DNA from: Squalus acanthias
Lineage: Eukaryota
Reading direction: 5' to 3'
DNA length: 64,000 bases
Assembly: GCA_030390025.1 (NCBI GenBank)
Contig: CM059432.1
Span: 114,206,001 to 114,270,000 of the forward strand
Under the pieces are notes generated by a model. It saw only the letters and a program-made list of their open reading frames with translations. It did no database searches and was not told the origin of the DNA. The position numbers and the translations under genes were made by a program. This document shows positions 49,456 through 62,372 of the stretch, piece by piece (positions within the stretch are counted from its first letter, which is position 1; every line of letters begins with the position of its first letter).

Positions 49456-50595
49456 AAATTCATTCATGGGATGTGGGCGTCGCTGGCAAAGCCAGCATTT
49501 ATTGCCCATCCCTAATTGCCCTTGAGAAGGTGGTGGTGAGCCGCCTTCTTGAACCGCTGCAGTCCATGTGGTGAAGGTACTCCCACAGTGCTGTTAGGGA
49601 GGGAGTTCCAGGATTTTGACCCAGCGACGATGAAGGATCGGCGATATACTTCTAAGTCAGGATGATGTGTGACTTGGAGGGGAACTTGGAGATGGTGGTG
49701 CTCCCTTGCGCCTGCTGCCCTTGTCCTTCCAGGTGAAAGAGGTCACGGGTTTGGGAGGTGCTGCTGAAGAAGCCTTGGCGAGTTGCTGCAGTGCATCTTG
49801 TAGATGGTACACACTGCAGCCATGGTACGCTGGTGGTGGAGGGAGTGGATGTTTAAGGTGGTAGAGGGGGTGCCAATCAAGCGGGTTGCTTTGTCCTGGA
49901 TGGTGTCGAGGTTCTTTAGTGTTGTTGGAGCTGCACTCATCCAGGCAAGTGGAGAGTATTCCATCACACTCCTTACTTGTGCCTTGTAGATAGTAGAAAG
50001 GCTTTGGGGAGTCAGGAGGTGAGACACTCGCTGCAGAATACCTAGCCTCTGACCTGTTCTTGTTGCCACAGTATTTATGTGGCTGGTCCAGTTAAGTTTC
50101 TGGTCAACGGTGACCCCCAGGATGTTGATGGTGGGGGATTCAGTGATGGTAATGCCATTGAATGTCAAGAGGCGGTGTTTAGACTCTCGCTTGTTGGAGG
50201 TAGTCATTGCCTGGCACTTCTGTGACGCGAATGTTACCTGCCACTTATCAGCCCAAGCCTGAACGTCGTTCAGGTCTTGTTGCATGCGGGCATGGACTGC
50301 TTCATTATCTGAGGAGTTGTGAATGGCACTGAACACTGTGCAGTCATCAACGGACATCTCCATTTCTGACCTTATGTTGGAGGGAAGGTTATTGATGAAG
50401 CAGCTGAAGATGGTTGGGCCTAGGACACTGCCCTGAGGAACTCCTGCAGCGATGTCCTGGGGCTGAGATGATCGACCTTCAATCACCACTACCATCTTCC
50501 TTTGTGCTAGGTATGACTCCAGCCAGTGGAGAGTTTTCCCCCCGATTCCCAATGACTTCAGTTTTACTAGGGCTCCTTCATGCCACACTCGGCTA
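49456..50595 (-). mobile_element. Compact APE-RT LINE, copy 4 (5'-truncated)
   Basis: ORF 49743-50651: [29 protein letters not shown]; same 3' end as the other copies. Confidence 0.95.
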
Positions 50596-51424
50596 ATGCA
50601 GCTTGTGCTGTCTCCTCCATGATGTTTGCAAAGCGCTGTTACAAAATACATCTGGAAGTCTCAATCCAATTCACAGTCCACAGCACAAAACTGTCTATAA
50701 TTCTTTGCAAGTGGGACTGTCAATGGGAGGGCCTTAAAACTGGTTATTTTGCTAAATGGAAAGTTAGCCCAATAGGGAGTGCTTTCCTGAGGTTGTGATT
50801 TGTTCACATGGCCAGGCTAATGTGAGAGGAGCTCTGCATCTGTTAACTGGGAGTATGGAGAGGAATTCAGAGTTGATGCAAATCTCACAGATGTCATGTA
50901 AAGGCATCACAACTAAAAAACAGTTTCACATACACGTCAAGAGAGTTAATATGATCAAAAGTTGTGAGATTCATGGGCCAATTATGCAAGTGACATGAAG
51001 ATCTGATCGTGCCTAAGTTTGCAATGTCAGCTTATTTAAATCATTTGAATACACTCCCTGCACAGATTGGCTCAGGGACAAGTAATGTGATTGAAGTGTG
51101 TGCGGGATATCCTGCATGACTGGAATGTACCATAAAATGTTGCCTGTTAACCTGTCTTACATTTACTGCTCACCCATGCAAAGTCCTCACGCAAACTTAC
51201 AGCTCTTTCATTGTATGTCATGCATTCCCATACCTCAGCATGGCACACCTTCAAGCTGCAACTTGAAAATGTTGACAGGCTCACATCTTCCAAAGTTTTC
51301 ACACATCAAAACTGGAATACAAACGGTCACCAGGATGGGCTTCAGCTTGGGTATACAGCAGCCATCAGTAACTTTGGGAAATGTTCCACTGCATTATATT
51401 GGCTGTGTCATGCTTCAAATCATA

Positions 51425-52229
51425 GGGGGTGAAATTCGGTTACTTTGCGCCTGCCATTAGCGCCGCTGGGGGCGCTAACGGGGCACAGAGGGCTTATTGC
51501 CCAGGGAGGGGTGATAATTGCGCTTCCCGAGAAATTCAGCGGGGCGCTGCTGCAGCGCTAGCCGTTAGCGGCGCACCCTGCCGGGAGCGCCCCGGGCTGC
51601 TGCGCTGCCGGCGATGACGTCATCGCCGAGTGGCGCGACCCCTTAGCGCCCCGCCATAGCCCCTTACCGCCCTGCGGCAGAACTTCGGCTGTGCCCGCAA
51701 GGCTGCCGCGGGCGATGTCAGCGCCAGACTCGCGGGTTGCGAACCGGGCCGACCTCCACTCGCAGGGCGGTATTTAAAGGGGAGGTGCAGCTGCAACCCG
51801 CGCCGCCATTTACTTCTTTTGGCCGACCTGCAGGTCGGCCCTTCATGGCGGCCCTTGGTGTGGTCCGTGGCTGCCATTGCGCAGCCCGGCACCGCGTCTC
51901 TGTGCCGGGCTGCAGCCACAGCACCCTGGTGGCCTAGTGTGGGCCATCGGAGGCTCTGCAGAGTGCGTAGCGGCCCTCCCCTTTAACGGGAGGGGCAGTG
52001 AAACGCGTTAACGCTACGCGGATCGGCCGCATAGCGCTCCGGCGTTCAAGCGCTTTGCGCCCCCGACACCGCCCCGAGAGGAAGTGGAGCGCCCGAGATA
52101 GTGCTCCCCTTCCTCTCCAGGGCGGTAAGCCAAATTTAGCACCCGGGGCGGTACTTCCGCGCCGGGCGCAAAATGTCCGACGCTAATTAGGTTACCACCC
52201 CCAAACGGGGCGTAACCGAATTTCGCACC
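51425..52229. mobile_element. GC/CpG-rich Harbinger-type MITE family C, copy 1
   Basis: TIRs GGGGTGAAATTCGGTTAC / GTAACCGAATTTCGCACC; ATA(G) duplicated; inserted in a CR1 tail; reverse homolog of 59525-60293. Confidence 0.88.
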
Positions 52230-52809
52230 ATAGAATCTTAAAGCACAGAAGGAGGCCATTCACCCCATCCTGGCTGGCTCTTTGAAAGACCTATCCAATT
52301 AGTCCCACTCCCCTGCTCTTTCCACATACCCCTGTAATTTCCTCCCCTTCAAGTATTTATCAAATTCCCTTTTGAAAGTTACTGTTGAATCGGCTTCCAC
52401 CACCCTTTCAGGCAGTGCATTCTAGATCACAACAACTCGCTGCATAAAATAATTTCTCCTGATCACACCTCTGCCTCTTTTGTCAATTACCTTAAATATG
52501 TGTCCTCCGGTTACCAACCCTTCTGCCACTGGAAGCAATTTCTCCTTATTTACTCATCAAAACCCCTCATGATTTTGAATGCCTCTATTAAATCTCCCCT
52601 TAACCTTCCCTGCTCTAAGGAAAACAACCCCAGTTTCTATAGTCTCATGTAACTGAAGTCCCTCAACCCTGGTACCATTCTAGTAAATCTTCTCTGCGCC
52701 CTTGCTAAAGCCTAAAGTGTGGTGCCCAGAATTGGACACAATACTCCAGCTGAGGCCAAACTGGTGTTTTATAAAGGTTTAGCATAGCATCCTTGCTTTT
52801 GTACACTAT

Positions 52810-53233
52810 GGGCTAGATTTTGTCAGCCCTGGGGAGGCAGGTTTGGAGGCGGGACTGCCGGGAAAATGGTAGAATTTAGGGGCGGGTGCCCAACCCGCCT
52901 CCATGCCATCTTGCCAGGAGGCGGGTAGCTGTCCCGCACCAGGTCCCGTCTCCTTGGAGGCAGGAAGGGATTACAGCCACTTAACTGCCTGTTAACAGAG
53001 CTGTCAAACGATGACAATTCATCGGTCAAAAATTTGACAGATGAAACGTCATACGTTGACGTTCTCTGTAACCGGCTTTCTCTTAATTGGCCTGCTAAGC
53101 CCGCTGGGCGGGCTAAACAAGGTCAATCAAGGGAAAATAGCGTGGGTTGGCCAGAAGTTGATGGAGGCGGGACTGAAACCCGACAAGTGGGAGTCCCGCC
53201 TCCAAAAGCTCCCCATTGGCAAAATCCAGCCCC
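52810..53233. mobile_element. Harbinger-type MITE
   Basis: TIRs GGGCTAGATTTTG / CAAAATCCAGCCC; subterminal GGAGGCGGGACTG; ATG-type duplication. Confidence 0.82.
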
Positions 53234-53251
53234 ATGCCTCTATTTATAAAG

Positions 53252-55250
53252 GTCATGATGTGCTACAACCGAGGAAGAGTGAGTCAATTTGGACCCCTCC
53301 GGATGGTCGCAGCCCTAAGCTTGACATGTATGCTCAAGCTGTCAGGAAATGCATCAACGCCAGATTCATCAGCCGTACTCACAAGACAGTCCAGAATGTC
53401 ACCCGAGCACAACGCAACGCCATCCACGCTCTCAAGACCAACCGCAACATCGTCATCAAACCAGCGGACAAAGGAGGAGCCATCGTCATACAGAACAGAA
53501 TGGACTATTGCAACGAAGCATACCGACAACTGGACAACCAGGAACACTACAGACAGCTACCCGCAGATCCGACCAAAGAACACACCCGCCAACTCAATAG
53601 ACTGATCAAGACCTTCGATCCAGACCTTCAAAACATCCTACGCGCTCTCATCCCACGTACTCCCCGCGTAGGAGACTTTTACTGCCTCCCAAAGATACAC
53701 AAAGCCAACACACCCGGACGTCCTATCGTATCAGGCAACGGAACCCTGTGTGAGAACCTCTCTGGGTACGTCGAGGGCATCCTGAAACCCATCGTACAGG
53801 GAACCCCCAGCTTCTGTCGCGACACTACAGACTTCTTGCAGAAACTCAGCACCCATGGACCAGTTGAACCAGGAACACTCCTCGTCACGATGGACGTATC
53901 GGCACTCTACACCAATATCCCCCACAATGACGGCATCGCTGCGACAGCCTCAGTACTCAACACCAACAACAGCCAATCTCCGGACACCATCCTACAACTC
54001 ATCCGCTTCATCCTTGACCACAATGTCTTCACCTTCGACAACCATTTTTTTACCCAAACACACGGAACAGCCATGGGGACCAAATTCGCACCCCAATACG
54101 CCAACATCTTCATGCACAAGTTCGAGCAAGACTTCTTCGCTGCACAGGACCTCCAACCAACGCTGTACACCAGATACATCGACGACATCTTCTTCCTTTG
54201 GACCCACGGCGAAGGATCACTGAAAGGACTACACGATAGCATCAACAGGTTCCATCCCACCATCAAACTCACCATGGACTACTCCTCAGAATCGGTTTCA
54301 TTCTTGGACACACGAATCTCCATCAAAGACGGACGCCTCAGCACTTCACTCTACCGCAAGCCCACGGACAACCTCACGATGCTCCACTTCTCCAGCTTCC
54401 ACCCTAACCACGTTAAAGAAGCCATCCCCTATGGACAAGCCCTGCGAATACACAGGATCTGCTCAGACGAGGAGGAACGCGATGGACACCTACGGACACT
54501 GAAAGACGCCCTCGTAAGAACGGGATATGACGCTCGACTCGTCGATCGACAGTTCCGACGGGCCACAGCGAAAAACCGCACAGACCTCCTCAGAAGACGA
54601 ACACGGGACACAACCAACAGAGTACCCTACGTCGTCCAGTACTTCCCCGGAGCGGAAAAACTACGCCATGTTCTTCGCAGCCTTCAACATGTCATCGATG
54701 ACGACGAACACCTTGCTAAGGCCATCCCCACGCCTCCACTACTCGCCTTCAAGCAGCCGCCTAACCTCAAAAGTACCATCGTTCGCAGCAGATTACCCAT
54801 CTTTCAGGAGAACAGCAACCACGACACCACACAACCCTGCCACGGCAACCTCTGCAAGACATGCCAGATCATGGACACAGATACCATCATCACACGTGAG
54901 GACACTACCCACCAGGTACATGGTACATACTCATGTGACTCGGCCAACGTTGTCTACCTGATACGTTGCAGTAAAGGATGCCCCAGAGCATGGTACATCG
55001 GCGAGACCATGCAGACACTGAGACAACGTATGAACGGACACCGCGCAACAATCGCCAGGCAGGAGGGTTGCCTCCCAGTCGGGGAACACTTCAGCAGTCA
55101 GGGGCATTCAGCGGGCAAGCGTTCTCCAAGGCGGCCTTCGGGATACACGACAGCGCAAAATCATAGAGCAGAAACTGATAGCCAATTTCCGCACTCATGA
55201 GGATGGCCTCAATCGCGATATCGGGTTCATGTCACGATACAGAACGTGAC
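53252..55250 (+). CDS. Penelope-like RT-GIY-YIG endonuclease ORF (N-terminus missing; late frameshift near 55112)
   Basis: About 620 uninterrupted codons of ORF 53041-55200; the apparent C-terminus VSVLQGGL..EQKLIANFRTHEDGLNRD continues in another frame. Confidence 0.85.
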
Positions 55251-55477
55251 TTGACATCATGGCCGGTCTTTCCAGGTTTAAAAAAAAAACTAACACAAGA
55301 ACCAAACCCAAATGGAGAGGATATGCAGCCAGCAGGTGTTTTGACACGTTGGACCCCCTGGGACACATCTCATTGTCTTGGCTGTGCTCTTAGTGTGTCT
55401 TTGATGTAGGGAAAGATTTGAATACATTTTGTCTGTGTTTATATTGTGAATTCTGGGAGATTCTCTCACAGCTACCC

Positions 55478-55513
55478 TACCTGAAAAAGGAGCGACAGCT
55501 CCGAAAGCTTGTA
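55478..55513 (+). ncRNA. Minimal hammerhead ribozyme motif (G8 to A variant)
   Basis: TAC-CTGAAAA-A-GGAGC-GACA-GCTCC-GAAA-GCTT-GTA: stem I TAC/GTA, stem II GGAGC/GCTCC, palindromic AGCT. Confidence 0.75.
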
Positions 55514-56359
55514 ATTTTAAATAAATCTGTTGGACTATAACCTGGTGTTGTGCGACTTCTCATTTCTATTTATAAAGCCAAGGATACCTTATGCATTTTT
55601 AACAGACTTATCAACTTGTCCTGCCACCTTCAAAGATTTCTGTACGCAAACCCTCAAGTCTCTCTGTTCCTGCACCCCCTTTAAAATTGTACCATTTAGT
55701 TTATATTGCCTTTCCTCATTCTTCCTTCCAACATGCATCACTTCACACTTCTGTGTTAAATTTAATCTGCCATGTGTCTGCCCATTTCACCAGGCTGTCT
55801 ACGTCCTCCTGAAGTCTGCTACTATCCTCCTCACTATTTATTACTTCACCAAGTTTCTGCAAACTTTGAAATTATGTCGTGTATACTCAAGTCCAAATCA
55901 TTAATATATATCAAAAAGAGCAGTGGTCCTAAGTGACAATTAATTTTGTCCCAGATTATTGTCTCTAAAAGATTCCCCACCACCGACGTTAGGCTGACTG
56001 CCCTGAGTGGGAAGAAAGTGCTGACCAACGCATCTGCCACCTCTTTGGTATATGTGTGGGTAGCACAGTAGCTGATACTGCAGTGCTAGTCATGAATGAC
56101 CCAAATTGCTAACAGTTGTGGGTAGTGCTGACCCTGCCAATGACGGGCAGTGCCGTTCTTATGTTGGCAGGTTACTGCAGCTGCTTTTGCTGAAGATGGA
56201 AATATTTGCAACTGCCTCTCTACAGACCTGGAGAAAACTGAGTCATTAGTGCTCAGCCAGTGAAAGATGGGCATGCTGAAGTTTGCAGATATGGTCTGGT
56301 GCTTGCTGATCTTCCTGGCAGGCCTTCTTTCAGCTCACACCACTTCAACCATGCAACCA

Positions 56360-56540
56360 TCAGGTACAGTGGTTATGTTACTGGACTAGTAACCCAGAAG
56401 CCTGGCCTACTGATCGACTGTGCTCATGAACACGCGTTCAAATCCTATTGTTGCAGTTCAAAAATTTGAATTCATTTTTAAAAATCTGGAAATAAAAAGG
56501 TGGATTGTTGTAAAATCCAAATTGGTTCATCAATGCCCTT
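56360..56540 (+). mobile_element. Decayed copy of the tRNA-derived head and body seen at 27931
   Basis: GGTACAGTGGTTATGTTACTGGACTAGTAACCCAGA..GTTCAAATCC..AATTTGAATTCA..ATCTGGAA..GGATTGTTGTAAAA..TGGTTCA. Confidence 0.75.
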
Positions 56541-56642
56541 GTCAATGATGCCCATATACAGAACATGAATAATAATTTAAAAATGTATTTTAAGCACTTT
56601 TAAAAACAAACTTACCTTAAGGAGTTAAAAAAGAAAGACAAT

Positions 56643-56750
56643 GGGGGGAAAATTGGGTCGCGCCCCCTTTGGGGCGCTAACTTCGCCGGGGCGCAAGTTT
56701 TAGTGCCCCGAAAAAATTAGCGCCCCCGCAATTCACTGGTAGCGCCCCAA
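56643..56750. mobile_element. One terminal arm of a family C MITE
   Basis: GGGGGGAAAATTGGGT..TTTTAGTGCCCCGAAAAAATTAGCGCC, similar to 60315-60410. Confidence 0.7.
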
Positions 56751-56756
56751 GAGTGC

Positions 56757-57243
56757 CCCTCAGCCTCCTCTGTTCCAAAGAAAACAATCCCAGCCTATCC
56801 AATCTTTCCTCATAGCTAAAATTCTCCAGTCCTGGCAACATCCTCGTAAATCCCCTCCGTACCCTCTCTAGTGCAATCACATCTTTCCTGTAATGTGGTG
56901 ACCAGAACTGTACGCTGTACTCTAGCTGTGGCCTAACTAGTATTTTATACAGTTCTAGCATAACCTCCCTACTCTTATATTCTATGCCTCGGCTAATGAA
57001 GAAAAGTATCCCGTATGTCTTCTTAACCACCTTATCTACCTGTCCTGCTACCTTCCGGGATTGGTGGACATGCACTCCAAGGTCCCTCTGTTCCTCTACA
57101 CTGCTCAGTATCCTACCACTTATTGTGTATTCCCTTGCCTTGTTAGCCCTCCCCAAATGCATTACCTCACAGCTTTCCGGACTGAATTCCATTTGCCACT
57201 TTTCTGCCACCTGACCAGTCCATTGATATCTTCCTGCAGTCTG
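56757..57243 (-). mobile_element. CR1 RT C-terminal fragment
   Basis: EKWQMEF, EEQRDLGV, LYKILVRPQLEY. Confidence 0.9.
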
Positions 57244-58499
57244 GAACATGCACTCCAAGGCAATGAGACTAAGGCACAAAATGAACACAATCACTCCAGC
57301 ACACAAAATGCAGCAGAATTGCAGACCAGTAGGAAATGGGCACAGTACTTGCTCTCTCAATGATGGGATTCCCCATGCCAGTTGCGCATTGCTCTCCCAG
57401 AGCTCAGCACCCTAGAATATATGTATGATTCACAGTGCTGGTTATAACACTCGTGACTCTGTCTTTCACAATTGATCAGGTCAATCCACTTGTGGGCTAA
57501 ACATTGGATCTCACACTTCCTTGTGTAAGTTTAATTCTCAGGAGCTGTCTCTGATATGAACATCTGCTTCGTCTTACAGCATTAAGATGAAAAGTGAAGC
57601 CATTTCAAGCCATCGAAAACTTTAAAGGTCAAATAACAATATCATCCCACACAGACTAAACACATTCTACTCCATCGCCTATGGAGCTGTGTGTCACGAC
57701 ACAGCTGGAGAAAAGGTGGGCTAACCTTAGGCACGTCTAAGAGCTGTTTTCTGCTGGAACAATCAATAAGAGGATAAAAAAAAAATCTGTTCTGTCAGCT
57801 TTACACACAAAATACAAACCTAAAAATAATCATTTGCATCCCTGTCATAGCTTTAGAAGTGTTAGTGTTGCCAAGTAATTGCAAGATCCTTCATAAAAAG
57901 AGGGCTTGTTCAGTAAGGCTGTAATCTCAATGAACAGTACTTGGTGTAGTTGGCTGAAGCTCACATTACAGGCGCCCCTTAACATTGCTGAGTTGGAGTT
58001 AAAAAAAGTTTCAAAAAGAGAACAATGGCTAAGTGCAATATTTGTTCTCTAACATGACTTCATGCTGTATAGTTCTCAAAGGAGGCCTCTCACCAGCAGG
58101 TTTGTTCTGCTAACCCTCAATTAAAGACAGTTAATGAGAATATCACTTGCAATCATTTGCATTTTTAAAATTCCACCCATGAAGCCTACTTTCTTGAACT
58201 GTTATTACTGTGCCTATTAATACACAGTACGTACGATCTGCTAATGACTAAGACCATCAGGGAAAGTCAAAGGGCAGCAGTTTATATTAAATGTGTTGGT
58301 TTTATATGACCTCCAGGCTCTGAATATGCACAAGCAGTTCTTTCTTTATTGGTCCCTTTATGCTACTCACTACCTGTGAAGCAAAGTAAGACCCCATTAA
58401 TGTGGGCTTGAAAGTAAAATACAGAAATTTGAAGCCGTGTCTGTGACTCTCTAAATGCTCTTCATTGAAGTAGTTTCTTTATTCTGGTAGCCTGCCAGC

Positions 58500-59440
58500 A
58501 TGGAAAAAGAGCTATGTATTTTAACACTTAAACAAGAAGAGCTGTTGAGTGAGTCCTCTTTGAGCCAGAACAGTTGAGATGGGATTATGACAGAGTGCAA
58601 GTAGTGTGGAGATTATGGCAGCAGTTACACAGTGGCTAATATGAAGAAAAATCAGACCACAGCCACAGTTAGAGGTGACTTCATTAGTAAGCACTCTCAA
58701 GAGCTTGGAACGGTGTTGAGGATGATGTGCTACACTTTTAAAAGTGGCACTATGGCAGTATTAAAGACAGGTTTAGGAGTGATTCCACCATCCGGTGTTT
58801 CCAGTGGCTTCTGGAAAATGCAGCGAGTGCATCTCACAAAATCATGGACACAGCCTGAGATTTATCTGTCCTAATGGACAGAAATTCACCATCTGCAGCC
58901 TGGGATTTCCTTGTGAGTGGTTGGGAGCGCTCGATCAGGGAATCACATGTAAAGGAGATTAGAACTTATCACTTTGCAACATTTATACAAGATTACTACA
59001 TCTACCCAATACAAATACTGGGCCTGAATAACAGTGTGACCAATTCTCTTACAAGTTAGAACCAGTTAGGAGCTACTACTTACTGTCCAAGATGAGTATG
59101 TTGAAAGAGCGCATTTGGCAACGAATGCCATAAGTTAGTCCATTGTGAATTTAAATGCTCCAATAGTGAATTTCCACTAAAAGTTGCTGAAGAACAAATT
59201 AGAATACGTCGCAGCGAAGACACTGGCGATTCGGAAGCGGTGCAGCCAATAGCCAATTTACTGTTCCCTTAATGCTAACGGCTAAAAAACTAGATACCAT
59301 TCTGTATTAAATGAATTGTTTGGGCATTTATCCAACATTAAATGTTAAAGCATAAGTGATTAAAGAGAGCTGGATGATTGAGGATCTTCCGTGAACTGCA
59401 AGAGTCCGATCAGAAAGAGCAACCAGCAAGCGTCCAGGAG
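58500..59440 (+). mobile_element. Possible highly decayed BEL/Pao LTR-retrotransposon integrase remnant
   Basis: NSPSAA...SGWERSIR resembles BEL NPP.A.HFGG.WER.IR; later RRHWR/VQPIANL and ARVRS-like pieces occur in the expected order. Confidence 0.35.
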
Positions 59441-59524
59441 ATGCCTGGAGACCTACTACCAACTCATTTCAAATCCTGTGATCCCAGATAGGGTGAATGA
59501 ACCATTGAGCTAAAACAACTTTTG

Positions 59525-60293
59525 GGGGGGGAAATTCGATTACGCCCCATTTGGGGGCGGTAACCGAATAAGCATCAGCCATTTAGCGGGAGAACCACCC
59601 CGGCCGCTAAATTGGGTTTACCACCTCGGCAAGGAATCTCGGATGCTCCACTTCTTCTCTGGGCGGTGTCTGGGGCGCAAAGTACGGTAGCATCGGAGCA
59701 CTACGCGGTTGCTCCACGTAGCGCTGACACGTTTCATCTCCCCTCCCCTTCCGTTAAAGGGGAGGGACGCTGCGCACTCTGCAGGCCATTTGACGGCCTC
59801 CACTAGCCCACAGGGTGGCGTGGTGCCGTGGCCGCAGCCCGGCACCGAGACGCGGTGCCAGGCTGCGCGATGGCAGCCACGGCCCATGCCAAGGGCCGCC
59901 ACGAGGAGCCGACCTGGAAGTCGGCCAAAACAATAAAATGGCGGTGCGGGGCGCAGTCGGGCTTCCCCTTTAATTACCGCCTCGCAAGCGGAGGTCGGCC
60001 TGGTTCGCGAACCGCAAGACTGTCGCTGACATCGCCCGTGGCAGCTTCGCAGGGCGAAACTGAATTTCTGCCGCGGGGTGGTAAGGGGCCGCGGCGGGGC
60101 GCTAAGGGGTCACGTCGCTCGGCGATAACATCATCGCTGCTGGCGCAGCACTACAGGGCGCTACTGCTAACCTCCTGCTGAATTTCGCGGGAGACGTTAG
60201 CGGCGCCACGCCCAGGTGCTAGGGGATTTGCGCCCCGTTAGCGCCCCCCTGGGGGCGCTAACGGGAGGCGCAAGCCAACCCAATTTTTCCCCC
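59525..60293. mobile_element. MITE family C, copy 2
   Basis: TIRs GGGGGGAAATTCG / CCAATTTTTCCCCC; reverse homolog of 51425-52229. Confidence 0.85.
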
Positions 60294-60314
60294 TTGGTGT
60301 CTACTAAAATGTTA

Positions 60315-61072
60315 GGGGTAAAAATTGGGTAGTGTCCCTCTACCTTCGCCGCGGCGCTAATTTTAGCACCCCGAAAAAGTTAGCGCCGATTTTCCCAGGT
60401 AGCGCCCCGAGAGGGAGGAGGGGCGCTACTGGAAGCGCCCTGCGTCCCTCTTGGGGCGCTGCGAGCCTCTTGGGGCGCTGCGAGCCAAAACCGCGGCGCT
60501 ACGTGCTGCAGTGCCACGTGCTGCGGCACGTCGCGCCGCGGTACTGCAGGCCTTCCTCCCCTTATTAAAGGGGAGGGGCCTGGCGCAGCGCGTCCCGGCA
60601 CCCAGCTGGGCCACCAGGGATCGGGAGTGCCGAGAAATGAGCCCGGCACTCAAGAGGCAGCCGGCACCCCGTGGGGGGGGCTTCACGGGGGCCGGGGACA
60701 GCAACGGGGGCAGGTGCTGGCAGGCGGCCAGCAACAAAAATGGCCGCCCGCCACCTCCCCTTTAACTAGCGCCGCCCCGGCCGCAGGTAGGCCCCCCTGA
60801 CCCCGGCGGACATAGCGTCCGGCGGTAAATTGGGGCGGGGGGACGCCACTCAATATTACAGCCAGGGCGCGAGCGGAGCGCTGCGCACGGCGATGACATC
60901 ATCACCGGCGGCGCAGCGCTGCCCGGCACTAACGGTTAGTGCCGCCGCTAACCTCCCGCTAAATTTCGCGGGAGGCGTCAGCGGCGCCGCTCCCAGGCAC
61001 TAGTTGATTTGCACCCCGTTAGGCCCTCTTAAGGCGCTAACGGGAGGTGCAAATCAACCGAATTTAGCCCTC
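60315..61072. mobile_element. MITE family C-related, copy 3
   Basis: TIRs GGGGTAAAAATTGGGT / ACCGAATTTAGCCCTC; TSD TTA; right arm matches 60110-60290. Confidence 0.85.
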
Positions 61073-62372
61073 TTAGTGTCAAAGGCCTTGATATTTGCGA
61101 AGGGTAAAACTGCTGCTTCGGGTCAGCCAGAATCTTCAACCACAGGGTATTTGACTGGCTCAGCTATCTGCACATACAAGTCTCAATTTGTGTTGATTCT
61201 ACCAAATATAATTGCCGTTAAGTTAGTTTAATACTTACTAGGCCAGTGCCTTTTTCAGCTTGTTGAGGTTCTTCAATTAAATTAAAAGGCAATTTCCTGT
61301 CAGGAGTCAGCTGAGGAGATGCCTGAACTCAAGTACCTATTGTACACATTTATAACGCCAGCTGGAGGGACACCGCTCTTTTCAATGTGTCTTCTCAAAG
61401 CTCTCTTCCATGCACTAGAACTGTCAACTCTTTGTGCATTATAGCATGAGAGAGAGCCACGGGAATAGACTCTCAAAGTTTGCAACGGGCTCTCCCTGCC
61501 AGTCGAGCCGATTCCTCACTCTGGGGCCACGACCCTGTACCATCCTCCCGACATGTGATCAGAGCGCCTGCAGGGCCCTTCAAACGCATGCCTGAATGTG
61601 TTCACACAAACACATACAATTCCATAGTGCGGCTGTTACAGAACACGCCAGTGGGACAGTACAGTAAGTCATGCTTCCAGCAGCATCCCAGCACGTGCAC
61701 GGGTGCTTGTGCCCTCACTCACCTTGGCCAGCCTGCTGACGGCTTTAAAAATTGTCCAGCACTAAGTGGCTAACAGTGGCCATCTGTTGCTGGGGAGTAC
61801 CCAGAATTGACGTGAGAAGCAGGCACACCCATCTCGCTGATATCTGTAAGTAAGTACCTGTTTTCTTAAAAGCATTATTAAAACACTCTACATGCAGCAA
61901 TTCCATATTATGAGTATAATATAGTATTATAATTTAGATGGGGGGTCCGTGATTACTAAACGATTTGAAAAGGGGTCCTTCGGGGGTCAATGATTAATAA
62001 TCAATTTGAAAATGAGTTCTTCAGTCAAAAATGTTTGAAAACCACTGAGTGAGAGTTCAAATTTCTGAAGACTCTGGGTCCACTATAATCTCACACGAGC
62101 AGGATGAACGGATTTTCTCATCTCTAAAAGCACCATTGTTACAAACATTCAAAGTTAACAATAACAAAGCACGAGGCAATGATACAAAAGGTTTCTTGTT
62201 AAAATTTCTGCTGGCATCTTTGAAAATGGCTCACTAAAAATGACAGGCTTAACAACTTCAAACCTAGCCCAATTACTAAATGCTGTGTACTGCCATTTCA
62301 AAAACCTTTATAGAACCAAATAAAACCCCAAGGAGGATTTCAACTAAGAAAGGAAGAACTTGATTTTATATT

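Larger units (their letters stand above)
53252..55564 (+). mobile_element. Penelope-like element family 2 (RT plus GIY-YIG), 5'-truncated, young
   Basis: IKPADKGG, YCLPKIHK, MDVSALYT, GTAMG, RYIDD, VVYLIRC..WYIGET; 13-bp TSD TCTATTTATAAAG at 53239-53251 and 55565-55577. Confidence 0.95.
52230..56005 (-). mobile_element. CR1 fragment hosting a MITE and a Penelope-like element
   Basis: CR1 tail at 52230; RT remnants 52300-52809 and 55578-56005. Confidence 0.85.

Noticed and set aside
51429..52259. Overlapping Arg/Ala-rich ORFs (also 59612-60765)
   Set aside because: Stop-poor GC-rich MITE sequence with no recognisable domain
53041..55200. 719-aa ORF as a host gene or complete protein
   Set aside because: The first ~70 codons come from a MITE and a CR1, as the TIRs and TSD show; the rest is a truncated Penelope-like ORF
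61930..62047. hAT-type MITE ending in AACCACTG
   Set aside because: Could not find the matching TIR or an 8-bp TSD
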